Part shown: piece by piece, positions 36,196 through 46,728 of the stretch
Position numbering within the stretch: the stretch's first letter is position 1
How the letters are laid out: each line of letters starts with the position of its first letter
NCBI GenBank assembly: GCA_965215335.1
Contig: CBDCDA010000001.1
Location: 576,001-640,000 of the forward strand
Length of the DNA: 64,000 nucleotides
Reading direction: 5' to 3'
Source of the DNA: an uncultured Candidatus Entotheonella sp.
Lineage (GTDB): Bacteria > Tectomicrobia > Entotheonellia > Entotheonellales > Entotheonellaceae
Program-made: the position numbers and the translations under genes
Notes under the pieces: generated by a model
Told to the model about the DNA's origin: nothing
The model's database searches: none
What the model saw: only the letters and a program-made list of their open reading frames with translations

Positions 36196-37059
36196 TCACG
36201 TGAACAGCCGATCGCGCGTAATCACCAACTCGGGCATCCGCGCATGGTGGCTGTTTTTCATCATGACGACCGCCGCATGGAAGTCGTGGGCACGAACCAA
36301 CGAGACGATTTCATCCGAGCAATCGTAGGTCATCAGGAAGTCGGCGCGGCTTGAGGCCATCAACTCGAACAGCTTGACGTGATCGACTGTGTGGTGCGCA
36401 TAGAGCCGCGACCCGGCACGCTTGCCGCCCGCCGTATAGGGCGGATCAATATAAAAACACGCATCCGCACGATGAATGGCTACATCTTCGAGCAGGCGCA
36501 CCCCGTCGGCCTCACAGAAGGTGACGCGCTCCGCGCAGGCCGAAATTGCGGCGAGGCGCTTTCCGAGTGTCTCGGGATACCAGCGCGACGCAACCCCGTT
36601 GCCATTCTCGCCGTTCTTCGTCAATGTCGCCCCTGGCGCCAGCACGCCGCCGCGCCGGGTGCGGTTGAGCACCAGGGTGCGGAAGCCGTGCTCGACCACG
36701 TCACGCGGCGCTTGGCGCGCCAGGTCTCCGATCCGGTCACGGCTTGGTGTGAAGTGTCGAACCCGCTGGGCGAGGTCGGGACCGTGGCACAGCGCCGCTC
36801 GCCAGAAGGCCGCGATGTCGCGGTCGAGATCGACCATGAGCGCCCGTTCAACCAGATGTTCCATGACGGCCGTGAGCGACACGATACCGCCGCCGGCGAA
36901 TGGCTCGACGATCAGCGGATGCGGCGGCGTGCGGCTCAGCCACGCCCGGATGTGTGGAACCAGCCACGTCTTGCCGCCCGGATAGCGCAGCGGACTGCGC
37001 TGCGGCACCGTGGCGACGTTGACGGCAGGGATGGCCGAAGCGGGAAACGGAATCATCAT
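36196..37059 (-). CDS. Dam-like (D12 class) DNA adenine methyltransferase, orphan
   Basis: SPLRYPGGK, EPFAGGG, YIDPPY, MTYD. Confidence 0.9.
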   Translation of the reverse strand: MMIPFPASAIPAVNVATVPQRSPLRYPGGKTWLVPHIRAWLSRTPPHPLIVEPFAGGGIVSLTAVMEHLVERALMVDLDRDIAAFWRAALCHGPDLAQRVRHFTPSRDRIGDLARQAPRDVVEHGFRTLVLNRTRRGGVLAPGATLTKNGENGNGVASRWYPETLGKRLAAISACAERVTFCEADGVRLLEDVAIHRADACFYIDPPYTAGGKRAGSRLYAHHTVDHVKLFELMASSRADFLMTYDCSDEIVSLVRAHDFHAAVVMMKNSHHARMPELVITRDRLFT

Positions 37060-37151
37060 GCTGGTCCCCCTTTACGGAGGCGGTCGAAAGTCGTCATGGT
37101 CCCATGACGACTTTACGGACAATAACACGGAAGGTTACCAGTCAAGCCCGT

Positions 37152-40124
37152 TCACCAAGCGAGCGGCCGCTGCCAGGCCACCTTCAGATCGTCGATGCGG
37201 CTGGCGATGACGACCTCTCCCCCGAGGCCCGTGACCGCAAACTCGGGGCCGTCGTGCACCGTGCCGATTTCGCCGCATGAGCCGGCGGGCATCCTGTCTC
37301 GGAACGCCTCGCCGTGAGCGGCTGGCACGGTCACCACGAAGCGGCTCGCCGTTTCCGAAAACAGCAGGGTATCGTCACGGGTGACGTCGGCCGCGCGTAA
37401 CATGGCGCGCAGGTCGAGGCGCATGCCCAGGCCGCCCGCAAAGGCCATTTCGGCAGCGGCGACGGCGAATCCGCCGTCCGAACAGTCGTGGCAGGCGTTC
37501 ACCAGGCCGCGCTGCACGGCGTCGGCCAGCGCCTCGTAGAGGGCATGGGCATGCTGCGGGTCAACGCGCGGCACGCGGTTGCCGACGGCGCCGTGCATGG
37601 CGTAGTACTCCGAGCCACCCAGTTCGTCCCGCGTCTCCCCTACCCCGAACACCAGATCGCCGGGCCTCTTGGCGTCCATCGTCACGGCCCGCCGCACATC
37701 CGGCATGCGAGCGATGACGGAGAACAGCAGCGTCGGCGGCACGGAGATTTTGACGTCGCCGACGTGGTAGTCGTTCTTCATGCTGTCCTTGCCGGAAATG
37801 CACGGCACCCCGTAAGCCGTGCAGCAGTCGTAGAGCGCCTGATTGGCGCGCACCAGTTGCGCCAGCTTGTAAGGGCCGTCCGGGGTACCGGGGCTGAGCA
37901 CCGGGTCGGGCCAGCAGAAATTGTCCAGACCGGCGACGTGCCCCAGTCGCCCGCCCACGGCGATGACGTTGCGGATGGCTTCATCAATGGCGTTGGCGGC
38001 CATGTGATAGGTGTCGATGTCGCTGTAGCGCGGGCAGATGCCGTTGGCCACGATGACTCCTTCCATCGAGTCCAGCAGCGGGCGCAGGACGGCGGCATCA
38101 CTGGGGCCGTCGTTTTGCGCACCGACGAGCGGCTTGACGACGCTGGTGCCCTGTACCTCGTGATCGTACTGGCGGATGACCCATTCCTTGCTACAGATAT
38201 TGAGGCGGCCCAGCAGTTGCAACAGCGAAGGCGTCAGATCGGCGGGACAGGCAAACGTCGGCTCGGCAAAACGGGAGGGTTGCCAGCGGGCCGGGAGGCG
38301 CATTTCCGGCAGGCCGTCGTGCAGAAACGCCATTTCCAGCAGGGCAACGGTAGCGCCGTCGTAGCGCACGTGAAACAGGCCCGTATCGGCGAACGTGCCC
38401 AGCACCGTGGCCTCCACCTCGCGCCGCGTCGCCAGCGCCAGAAACGCTTCGAGCCGTGCCGGCGGCACGGCGAGGGTCATGCGTTCCTGGGATTCCGAAA
38501 CCAGAATCTCCCAGGGATCGAGGCCCGGATATTTCAGCGGCGCGCGCTCCAGATGCAGCTCGCAGCCGTTGCTGAAGCGGGCCATTTCGCCCACCGAGGA
38601 GGACAGGCCGCCGGCGCCATTGTCGGTGATGCAGCGATACAACTGGCGGTCGCGCGCTTCGAGCAGCATGTCGAACAGGTTCTTCTGCGTAATGGCGTCG
38701 CCGATCTGCACGGCTGAGGCCGGCGACGCCTCGTCCAGCTCAACGGACGAAAACGTCGCGCCGTGGATGCCGTCCTTGCCGATGCGGCCGCCGACCATCA
38801 CCACGTAATCCCCGGCACGGGCCTCCTTGAGGTGCGCCGGCTCGCCGCCGATGCGGGCCGGCATCAGCCCGCCGGTGCCGCAGAAGACCAGGGGTTTGCC
38901 GGAAAAACGCGCGTCGAAAACCACCGCGCCGTTGACGTCGGGAATGCCGCTCTGATTGGCGCCGTCCTTGATGCCGCGCTGCACGCCCTCGAAGATGCGC
39001 CTGGGGTGCAACAGCCGCCCCGGCAAGGGCTGCGAAGAGTCAGGGGGTGCGAAGCACAGAACATCCGTGTTGAACAGCAGCCGGCAGCCCATGCCCGTGC
39101 CAAACGGGTCCCGATTGACGCCCAGGATACCGGTGATCGCCCCGCCATACGGGTCCAAGGCAGACGGCGTGTTATGGGTCTCCACCTTCATCGCCAGGTT
39201 CCACTCGTCGTTGAAGGCAATGACCCCGGCGTTGTCGTGGAACACCGAGCGCAGCCAGTCAACCCGCTGGCCGATTTCCTCGGTGGCGCGTACGATGTAG
39301 CTCTTGAAGAGGCTGCGGATCGTGGTGCACGCCCCGTGCTCGTCTTGATAGTCGATGGTGCTCTGGAAAATCTTGTGCTTGCAGTGCTCCGACCAGGTTT
39401 GCGCCAGCGCTTCGAGCTCGACGTCCGTAGGCGCGGGGCCGAGGCCGCAGGCTTGCCGCCGAGCGCGGCGCTGCGGATCGTGAAAGTACGACTGGATGGC
39501 CTTCATCTCGGCCAGATTCAGGGCCAGCAACCTCTCCTGACCGAGGCGCAGCAGGGCGCCGTCGTCGAGGTCCAGGGACAGGGAGGCGACGCGCGGCGGG
39601 CGGTCGGCGCCGGCGACCGGCGGCGGCAGGAATGCTTCGGGACCGTCCCGCCAATCGGTCGCTGTCGTGATGCGCCACTGATGCACCAGAGGGTTGGCGA
39701 GAAAATCCCGCACCACGCGTTCGACATCGTCACGCTGCAGGTCACCCTCAAACAGGTAGAGCGACGAGGTATAGACCTCGCCCGCCAGCGGGCGGGCGAG
39801 CATGTCCTGCAGGGCCCGCGACGCCGTTCGCCCGACGTTGTCCGTCACCCCGGGCAGCATGGCGACCTGCACGACCCACCGGCACGGCACCGGGGGCCGC
39901 CGGTCCCAGCGCGATTCCTCGACCACGGCGTCGGTGAAGAGCGCTCGCCGGGCGGGTTCCAACTCGGCAACGGGGTGCGGCGAACGAATGGTGTACAGGG
40001 CCGCCGTTCTCACCTGCTCGACGGCAAGGTGCGCGTCCTCCCGCAGGCTGCGCAACAGGGTCTCGCCGCGCACGTCCCGCATCTGCGGGCGCGGGCTGAC
40101 AACCAGAATCGTCACATTCTGCAA
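37152..40124 (-). CDS. purL: Phosphoribosylformylglycinamidine synthase PurL (PurS-like N-terminus, no glutaminase domain)
   Basis: QTWSEHCKHKIF, KVETHNTPS, DNGAGGLSSS, SESQERM, DCSDGG. Confidence 0.95.
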   Translation of the reverse strand: MQNVTILVVSPRPQMRDVRGETLLRSLREDAHLAVEQVRTAALYTIRSPHPVAELEPARRALFTDAVVEESRWDRRPPVPCRWVVQVAMLPGVTDNVGRTASRALQDMLARPLAGEVYTSSLYLFEGDLQRDDVERVVRDFLANPLVHQWRITTATDWRDGPEAFLPPPVAGADRPPRVASLSLDLDDGALLRLGQERLLALNLAEMKAIQSYFHDPQRRARRQACGLGPAPTDVELEALAQTWSEHCKHKIFQSTIDYQDEHGACTTIRSLFKSYIVRATEEIGQRVDWLRSVFHDNAGVIAFNDEWNLAMKVETHNTPSALDPYGGAITGILGVNRDPFGTGMGCRLLFNTDVLCFAPPDSSQPLPGRLLHPRRIFEGVQRGIKDGANQSGIPDVNGAVVFDARFSGKPLVFCGTGGLMPARIGGEPAHLKEARAGDYVVMVGGRIGKDGIHGATFSSVELDEASPASAVQIGDAITQKNLFDMLLEARDRQLYRCITDNGAGGLSSSVGEMARFSNGCELHLERAPLKYPGLDPWEILVSESQERMTLAVPPARLEAFLALATRREVEATVLGTFADTGLFHVRYDGATVALLEMAFLHDGLPEMRLPARWQPSRFAEPTFACPADLTPSLLQLLGRLNICSKEWVIRQYDHEVQGTSVVKPLVGAQNDGPSDAAVLRPLLDSMEGVIVANGICPRYSDIDTYHMAANAIDEAIRNVIAVGGRLGHVAGLDNFCWPDPVLSPGTPDGPYKLAQLVRANQALYDCCTAYGVPCISGKDSMKNDYHVGDVKISVPPTLLFSVIARMPDVRRAVTMDAKRPGDLVFGVGETRDELGGSEYYAMHGAVGNRVPRVDPQHAHALYEALADAVQRGLVNACHDCSDGGFAVAAAEMAFAGGLGMRLDLRAMLRAADVTRDDTLLFSETASRFVVTVPAAHGEAFRDRMPAGSCGEIGTVHDGPEFAVTGLGGEVVIASRIDDLKVAWQRPLAW

Positions 40125-40176
40125 GGTTCCCTCGCAGTGCGTTCCGGCCTAGCCCGAATTTTTATCGAACCAGACG

Positions 40177-41901
40177 TCATGATGACGGATCTCGATACTT
40201 CTTCGCTGCCCGCACAAAGGCCAGGAAGAGCGGGTGTGGACGCAGGGGCCGGGAGAGCAGTTCGGGGTGAAATTGGGTGGCGACGAAAAACGGATGGACT
40301 GGATAATCGAAAATCTGCATGACCCGCCGATCCGGGGTCATGCCGCAGAAGACGACACCGCATTTCTCAAACGCCGCCTTGTAGTCGTTGTTGAGCTCGT
40401 AGCGGTGCCGGAACCGTTCACGAACCGTGCCGTGTCCGTAAATGGCCTGCACCCGGCTTCCTGGCAGCAGCGTGACGTCATGACCGCCCAGACGCTGCGT
40501 ACCCCCAAGGTCGCGCACTTGTTGCTGCTCCGGCAACAGGCAGATCAACGGCTCCGGCGTGTGGGGATCGAACTCGGTGCTGGCGGCCTTTTCCACGCCG
40601 CACACCGAGCGCGCAAACTCGATGGCCGCCAACTGGAAACCGAGACACAGGCCCAGGTACGGCACCTGGCGCTCGCGGGCGTGGCGGATGCAGCGGATCA
40701 TGCCCTCCGTGCCGCGTACCCCGTAGCCGCCGGGCACCAGGATGCCGTGCACGTCGTGCAGGTTCTCCCGCAGCACCGCCGGCGCGGCGGTGTCGAAATC
40801 CGTGGTGTCCAGGAATCGCACGTCGATATGCACGCCCTCCGCCGGTTCCGTGTGCTCCAGAGCGTTGATGATGCTGAGGTACGAATCCTTCATGGTGGAA
40901 TACTTGCCGGTCATGGCGATGGTCAGCGGCGGGTTCTTGCGGCGGGCATGGCGCACGAACGGCGCAAAGGGCACCTGCTTCTCGCCCTCAGCGGGGTACG
41001 GCATATTCAACCGCAACCGGCTGATGGTCGTTTCCGCAAGATGCTGCTCCTGGAAGAGCGCCGGCAAGGTGTAGACGCTTTCCGTATCGGGACTGCTGAT
41101 GACGTGATCGATGGGCACGTTGCCGTGCAGGCTGATCTTCTCGCGCACCTTGCGCTGCAGATCGTGCTTCGACCGGCACACGATGACGTCCGGCTGCACG
41201 CCCATCTCCAGCAGCTTCTTGATGCTGTGCTGGGTCGGCTTGCTCTTCTGCTCGCCGGTGGCCTCCGACCACGGCACCATGGTGACGTGGATGTACATGA
41301 CGTTGTCGCGCCCTTCGTCACGGATCAACTCGCGGGCAGCTTCGATGAAGTGCACGTTCTCGATGTCACCAACGGTGCCGCCGATTTCCACCAGGACCAT
41401 GTCGTAAGGTCCTTCCTGGGCTTTCTGGCGCATGAGGTATTTGATCTCGCCGGTGACGTGGGGCACGATCTGCACGTCCCGGCCGAGGTACTCGCCGCGC
41501 CGCTCCTTGGCCAGGATACGGGCGTAGATCTTGCCGGAGGTCATGTAATTGTGGCGGTTCAGGGTGGTGTCGAGGAAGCGCTCATAGGTGCCGAGGTCGA
41601 GGTCGCACTCGGTGCCGTCATCCAGCACAAAGGTTTCCCCGTGGCGATAAGGATTGAGGGTGCCGGCGTCGACGTTGAGATAGCCGTCGATCTTCATCGT
41701 GGTCACGCTGAAGCCCAACTGTTGCAGCAGATGCGACAGCGAGGCGGTGCACACGCCCTTGCCGACACCGGACATGACCCCTCCGGTGACGACGATGAAT
41801 TTGGTACGGCCAATGCGGTAATGAGGTGGGAAAAAATCGAGGGATTCCGAGTCGTCCGAGCGGGTGCCAATTTCCTCGCGTTCAAAGTCGTTCATGGGCA
41901 T
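40177..41901 (-). CDS. pyrG: CTP synthase
   Basis: TGGVMSGVGKG, DLDLGTYERF, KSKPTQHS, GLCLG, ERFRHRYE, QFHPE. Confidence 0.97.
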   Translation of the reverse strand: MPMNDFEREEIGTRSDDSESLDFFPPHYRIGRTKFIVVTGGVMSGVGKGVCTASLSHLLQQLGFSVTTMKIDGYLNVDAGTLNPYRHGETFVLDDGTECDLDLGTYERFLDTTLNRHNYMTSGKIYARILAKERRGEYLGRDVQIVPHVTGEIKYLMRQKAQEGPYDMVLVEIGGTVGDIENVHFIEAARELIRDEGRDNVMYIHVTMVPWSEATGEQKSKPTQHSIKKLLEMGVQPDVIVCRSKHDLQRKVREKISLHGNVPIDHVISSPDTESVYTLPALFQEQHLAETTISRLRLNMPYPAEGEKQVPFAPFVRHARRKNPPLTIAMTGKYSTMKDSYLSIINALEHTEPAEGVHIDVRFLDTTDFDTAAPAVLRENLHDVHGILVPGGYGVRGTEGMIRCIRHARERQVPYLGLCLGFQLAAIEFARSVCGVEKAASTEFDPHTPEPLICLLPEQQQVRDLGGTQRLGGHDVTLLPGSRVQAIYGHGTVRERFRHRYELNNDYKAAFEKCGVVFCGMTPDRRVMQIFDYPVHPFFVATQFHPELLSRPLRPHPLFLAFVRAAKKYRDPSS

Positions 41902-42023
41902 TTCCTCGTCGAGGATGAGGGCTGCCGGGCGCCATCACAGGACCCACAAGGCTCGTTATTGCAACCTGTATCGACAACTCTCATGGTGACACTCGGCAAT
42001 CGGGACTTCAAGAAAATACGGGT

Positions 42024-42647
42024 TCAGTCCTCGGCCGGCAGGACGCGCACCCGTCGCCCTGCGAGGCGCAACCGGCCATCGGCGAATAACTGAATAGCCC
42101 GCGGGTAAGCCTCACACTCGGCGGCAAAGACGCGCGTCGCCAGGGATGGCACCGTGTCGTCATCGAGCACCGGCACGGCGGTTTGCAAAATGATGGGGCC
42201 GTGGTCGTACCGGGAATCGGCAAAATGGACCGTGCAGCCGCTTACCTTCACCCCCGCATCGAGCACCGCCTGGTGCACCCGGTCGCCGTAAAACCCTTTG
42301 CCGCCGAACGACGGCAGCAATGCGGGGTGGATGTTCATCACCCGCCCGGCCAGTTTCGGCGGCGGCCGGTAGAGCGACAGAAAACCCGCCAGCGCCACCA
42401 GACCGACATCGTACGGCACCAGCACCGCATTGAGCGCCGCGTTGAAAGCTTCCAAGTCGGGATAATCCCGCCGCGACACCGCCACAGCGTCCAGGCCGTG
42501 CGCCTTGGCGCGCACCAGGCCGTACGCCTCCGGCTTGCTGCTGATGACCACGGCAATGTCCGCGTGCAGGCGGCCCGCCACGATCTTCTGCTGCAGATTG
42601 TCCAGACTTCGACCTGTTCCGGAGAGCAACACCGCGATTCGAAGCAT
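42024..42647 (-). CDS. purN: Phosphoribosylglycinamide formyltransferase
   Basis: IAVLLSGTG, LAGF, NIHPALLP, GCTVHF, DHGPII. Confidence 0.95.
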   Translation of the reverse strand: MLRIAVLLSGTGRSLDNLQQKIVAGRLHADIAVVISSKPEAYGLVRAKAHGLDAVAVSRRDYPDLEAFNAALNAVLVPYDVGLVALAGFLSLYRPPPKLAGRVMNIHPALLPSFGGKGFYGDRVHQAVLDAGVKVSGCTVHFADSRYDHGPIILQTAVPVLDDDTVPSLATRVFAAECEAYPRAIQLFADGRLRLAGRRVRVLPAED

Positions 42648-42672
42648 GTTCCACTGCCCGCTTCGGATGCCG

Positions 42673-43317
42673 TCAGGTTGGAAGGCCGTCAGGAGGGCGA
42701 ACCAGATGAGACGTGTCATTGAACCGCACGACACGCCAGCGATCGCCACAGACGATGATCGTGTGAATGCCGCAATTGTGGGATTCAAAGGTGCGCTTGC
42801 CCGTGCAGTCGAGCCCTTGGGCGCGCAATCCCAGCACCGTGCAAACCCCGCTGTGCGTCACCAGCACCAACGAGCCGACGTGCGTTGAGGCGAGAATGTC
42901 ATCCACGGCCCGATTGGCACGGGCATAGAATTGCCGCCACGTTTCAGCCCCGGCCGGCGCCACGTCATAGGGATTGTCGCGCCGCGCCGCGTACACGTCC
43001 GGGTGACGTTGCCGAATCTCCTGCGACGACAGACCCTGCCAAACGCCAAAGTTGATTTCGCGCAGGCCGACGTTCTGGATGACCTGCAGGCCGGTTGCCC
43101 GGCCGACCAAGCGGGCCGTCTCGGAAGCCCGTTGCAGGTCGCTGCTGCAAAGAGCGGCAGCGCCCGTGCAGGCCAACCGCAGGCCAGTCAGGCGGGCCTG
43201 CGCCCTTCCCGTGGCGTTGAGGGGCGGATCAAGGTGGCCCTGAATGCGTCTCGATTGGTTCCAGTCGGTAAGCCCGTGCCGCATCACGTACAGGAGACGC
43301 TCACAGGGCATGCTCAC
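42673..43317 (-). CDS. Histidine phosphatase (phosphoglycerate mutase-like) family protein
   Basis: RHGLTDWN, SSDLQRA, LREINFG.WQG, VTHSG. Confidence 0.9.
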   Translation of the reverse strand: MSMPCERLLYVMRHGLTDWNQSRRIQGHLDPPLNATGRAQARLTGLRLACTGAAALCSSDLQRASETARLVGRATGLQVIQNVGLREINFGVWQGLSSQEIRQRHPDVYAARRDNPYDVAPAGAETWRQFYARANRAVDDILASTHVGSLVLVTHSGVCTVLGLRAQGLDCTGKRTFESHNCGIHTIIVCGDRWRVVRFNDTSHLVRPPDGLPT

Positions 43318-44708
43318 ATCCGCTTGAGTCGAGGGCCATGGGGGGTGTCTTCGATGACGTAACCGTGTTCCCGAATGGCGTCACGCAGCGCATCCGCACG
43401 GCCATAATCGCGGTTTTTGCGCGCCTCCTGGCGCTGCGCCAGCAACTGTTCGACCGCCGCATCGTGCTGCGCGGCGGCGTCCGCGTCGAGAATGCCGAGA
43501 ACGCCATCGAAATGATACATCAAGTCCTGCACCTCGCGGGCATCGGCCGAACTGAGCCGGCCGCCGGCCCGGATGCGGTTGACGTCGCGCACCATCTGGA
43601 AAACGGCGCCGAGGGCGCCCGAGATGTTGAGGTCGTCGTCGAGGGACTTTTCGAAGGCCTCCCGCGTCTGCTGCAGCAAGGGCTGCACGTCGGCACCGCT
43701 ACCGCAGGCCGACGGCAGGTTGTCCATGAAGTCGAGCAGTCGTTGCACCCCGGTTTCGGCACCGCGCAGGTTGTCCAGCGTGAAGTTCATCGGCTGCCGA
43801 TAGTGCGTGGCCAGCAAGGCGTAGCGAATGCCCTTGGGCTTGAAGCCCTGGTCCAACAGGTCGCGCAAGGTGAAAAAGTTGCCCAGGGACTTGGACATTT
43901 TCATGTTGTCGACCAGCAAATGCCGGCAATGCAGCCAGTAGTTCACAAAGGTTTCGCCGGTGGCGGCCTCGGACTGGGCGATCTCGTTCTCGTGGTGAGG
44001 AAAAACGTTGTCCTCGCCGCCCGTGTGAATATCGAAATGCGTGCCGAGGTATTTCACCGACATGGCCGAGCACTCGATGTGCCAGCCGGGCCGTCCCTTG
44101 CCCAGTTCGGTCTCCCAGAAAACGTCGCCATCCTCGGGCGTCCAGGCCTTCCACAGGGCGAAGTCGCGCACGTCGTCCTTGGCGTATTCATCGCGGTCCA
44201 CCCTGCCGCTGGTGCCATTTTGCAGGGTTTCAGCGTCGAGGTGGGCGAGCTTGCCGTAGCCTGGAAATCGGTCGAGGCGGAAATAGATGGAGCCCTCCAC
44301 GTCATACGTGTAGCCGCGGTCTCGTAGCCGCTGAATCATGGCAACCATGTCGGGGATGTGGTCTGTGGCGGCGGGATAGACTTCGGCGGGCTCGATATTC
44401 AACGTTCGAAGATCCTCAAAAAAGGCATGCTTATGGATGGCCGTGAAATCCCACAGGGTCATCTCGGCACGCCGCGAATCACGGATCGTCTTGTCATCGA
44501 CGTCCGTCAGATTCATCACCTGGTTCACGTCGTAGCCGCGGTACTTGAGATATCGACGCAGCAGGTCCTCAAACACGTAGGCGCGGTAGTTGCCGATGTG
44601 GGGGCTGTTGTACACCGTGGGTCCGCACGTGTACATCCTGGCTTTCCCCGGCTCGAGCGGCCGAAAGTCGTCTTTTTTCCGGGTCAGGGTATTGTAAAAC
44701 CGCAACAT
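43314..44708 (-). CDS. cysS: Cysteine-tRNA ligase
   Basis: CGPTVY, HIGN, GRPGWHIECS, KMSKS. Confidence 0.98.
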   Translation of the reverse strand: MLRFYNTLTRKKDDFRPLEPGKARMYTCGPTVYNSPHIGNYRAYVFEDLLRRYLKYRGYDVNQVMNLTDVDDKTIRDSRRAEMTLWDFTAIHKHAFFEDLRTLNIEPAEVYPAATDHIPDMVAMIQRLRDRGYTYDVEGSIYFRLDRFPGYGKLAHLDAETLQNGTSGRVDRDEYAKDDVRDFALWKAWTPEDGDVFWETELGKGRPGWHIECSAMSVKYLGTHFDIHTGGEDNVFPHHENEIAQSEAATGETFVNYWLHCRHLLVDNMKMSKSLGNFFTLRDLLDQGFKPKGIRYALLATHYRQPMNFTLDNLRGAETGVQRLLDFMDNLPSACGSGADVQPLLQQTREAFEKSLDDDLNISGALGAVFQMVRDVNRIRAGGRLSSADAREVQDLMYHFDGVLGILDADAAAQHDAAVEQLLAQRQEARKNRDYGRADALRDAIREHGYVIEDTPHGPRLKRM

Positions 44709-44928
44709 GCGCTGGCTGAGCTTTCTGCAGAGGAGGAATCAAAACAAGCAAGGGAGATTCTCGATGATCGGGCGATTGTAGTTGCGTGCCAGCCGGATTG
44801 TCAACCGCCGCGGTGCCCCGCGAGGGACACCGTCGTGTAGCGTCGTCAGGCCCATTGTGACAGAATGGGCGGTACCAACCAATCCCTACTCCGCTGTCAT
44901 TTGGCAACCCGTTTTCAGGAGGAGAGCG

Positions 44929-45795
44929 ATGCAGCTCGGTGTCATCTTTCCCCAGACCGAGATCGGCGCCGACCCGAAAGGGGTGCGCGATTTCGCCCAG
45001 GCCGCCGAGGCATTGGGCTACGCCCACGTGATCGTCTTCGACCACGTCCTGGGCGCCGACACCACGTATTACACGAATTGGGCAGGCCCCTACGCGCAGG
45101 GCGACCTGTTTCACGAGCCCTTCGTGCTCTACGGCTACCTCGCCGCCGTGACCCAGAAGCTGGAGCTGGTGACCGCGGTCATCATTCTGGGGCAGCGGCA
45201 GACGGCGCTGGTCGCCAAGCAGGCGGCGGCCGTGGACGTGCTCAGCGGCGGGCGGTTGCGTCTGGGCGTGGGCATCGGCTGGAACGCCGTGGAATACGAG
45301 GCCCTGAACGAGAATTTTCACGACCGCGGCAAACGCAGCGAGGAACAAATCGCGGTGCTGCGGGCGCTGTGGACGCGGGAGGTCGTTGATTTTCACGGCC
45401 GCTGGCACACCATCACGCACGCCGGCATCAATCCCCTGCCCGTGCAACGGCCCATCCCCTTGTGGCTGGGCGGTCGCGTTGAAGCCGTGGTCGAGCGGGT
45501 CGGACGCCTGGCGGACGGCTGGTTCCCGCAGTTTGCGCCGGACGATGCCGGACGCGCGACCATCGAACGCATGCACGGGTATGCCCGCGCCGCCGGGCGC
45601 GACCCTGCGGCGATCGGCATCGAGGGGCGCATCAGCCTTGCCGAAAGCGGCCCGGACGCCTGGTGTCGGCTGGCCGAAGCCTGGCGCGGCCTGGGTGCAA
45701 CCCATCTCTCCCTGAACACCATGCGGGCCGGTCTGGCCACGCCGGACGCCCATATCGACGCTATCCGGCAGTTTCGTGAAGCCATGAAGGGCTAA
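44929..45795 (+). CDS. LLM-class (F420-dependent-like) oxidoreductase
   Basis: FDHVLG, FHEP, LVAKQAA, SGGRLRLGVGIGWN. AGGAGGAG RBS. Confidence 0.88.
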   Translation: MQLGVIFPQTEIGADPKGVRDFAQAAEALGYAHVIVFDHVLGADTTYYTNWAGPYAQGDLFHEPFVLYGYLAAVTQKLELVTAVIILGQRQTALVAKQAAAVDVLSGGRLRLGVGIGWNAVEYEALNENFHDRGKRSEEQIAVLRALWTREVVDFHGRWHTITHAGINPLPVQRPIPLWLGGRVEAVVERVGRLADGWFPQFAPDDAGRATIERMHGYARAAGRDPAAIGIEGRISLAESGPDAWCRLAEAWRGLGATHLSLNTMRAGLATPDAHIDAIRQFREAMKG

Positions 45796-45816
45796 CCTCA
45801 GAAAGGAGCACGCCCC

Positions 45817-46701
45817 ATGAGAACGACCCGACTGACGTTGACCGGCCTTCTGACCGCCCTGCTTGTGGCCTCTGGCGCCGTTTGGACCCTGGCACAGGAC
45901 GACGCAGATCGCGACATCGAACGGATTGCCGGTGAGGTGTACCGCTTCCGCAACAAGTTCCATTACTCGGTCTTCGCGGTGACCCCCGAGGGGATTATCG
46001 CCACGGATCCCATCAATGCCGAGGCGGCCGAGTGGTTGAAGGCGGCCTTGCAGCGGCGCTTCAACCAGCCCGTCAAGTACCTCATCTACAGCCACGAGCA
46101 TCCCGATCACATCTCCGGCGGCGAGGTGTTCGCCGACACGGCCACCGTGGTGGCGCACGAGCGCGCCAAGGCCAAGATCGTGGGTGAGCAGCGCCGCACG
46201 GCCACGCCGCACCTTACCTTCACCGACCGCATGAGCATCGAACTGGGCGGCACGACGGTGGAGCTCTCCCACGTCGGCCGCAACCACTCGGACAACTCCA
46301 TCGTCATGCGCTTCCCGAAAGAGCGCGTCCTCTTTGCCGTCGATTTCATACCGGTTCAGGCGGTGGCGTTCCGCGACCTGCATGACGCCTACATCGAGGA
46401 ATGGATCGACTCCCTGGCGCGCGTCGAGCGCATGGACTTCGACATCCTGGCACCGGGGCATGGCCGGTTGGGAACTCGAGACCACGTGCGGCAATTTCGA
46501 GAGTACATGCAGGACCTCTATCAAGAGGTGCTGAAGCACGCCAGGGCGGGACTATCCCTGGAAGAAATGCAGCAGACCATCCGGCTGCCCAGGTACGAAA
46601 AGTGGTTCGGGTATCAATCGGACAACCCGCGCCTCAACTGGTTCCCGATGAACATCGCCGGGATGTATCGGTATATACAAAACCACCGTCGCCCCAATTG
46701 A
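45817..46701 (+). CDS. Exported metallo-beta-lactamase-fold hydrolase
   Basis: Signal peptide, SHEHPDH, PGHG. Confidence 0.88.
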   Translation: MRTTRLTLTGLLTALLVASGAVWTLAQDDADRDIERIAGEVYRFRNKFHYSVFAVTPEGIIATDPINAEAAEWLKAALQRRFNQPVKYLIYSHEHPDHISGGEVFADTATVVAHERAKAKIVGEQRRTATPHLTFTDRMSIELGGTTVELSHVGRNHSDNSIVMRFPKERVLFAVDFIPVQAVAFRDLHDAYIEEWIDSLARVERMDFDILAPGHGRLGTRDHVRQFREYMQDLYQEVLKHARAGLSLEEMQQTIRLPRYEKWFGYQSDNPRLNWFPMNIAGMYRYIQNHRRPN

Positions 46702-46728
46702 CAGGGGTTTGCAGGGAGGGACGTCAGG

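Noticed and set aside
37141..37150. gtcaagcccg matching part of the REP-like element at 22406
   Set aside because: Only 10 nt and lacks the hairpin arms
20456..37151. Integrative element or prophage at tRNA-Val
   Set aside because: No integrase, no phage genes and no repeat of the tRNA 3' end were found
44569..46539. 656-aa minus-strand ORF and similar long antisense ORFs (3142-4407, 38763-40322, 40234-42093, 62432-63934)
   Set aside because: They lie opposite well-supported genes, have no recognisable motifs, and are expected in high-GC coding DNA
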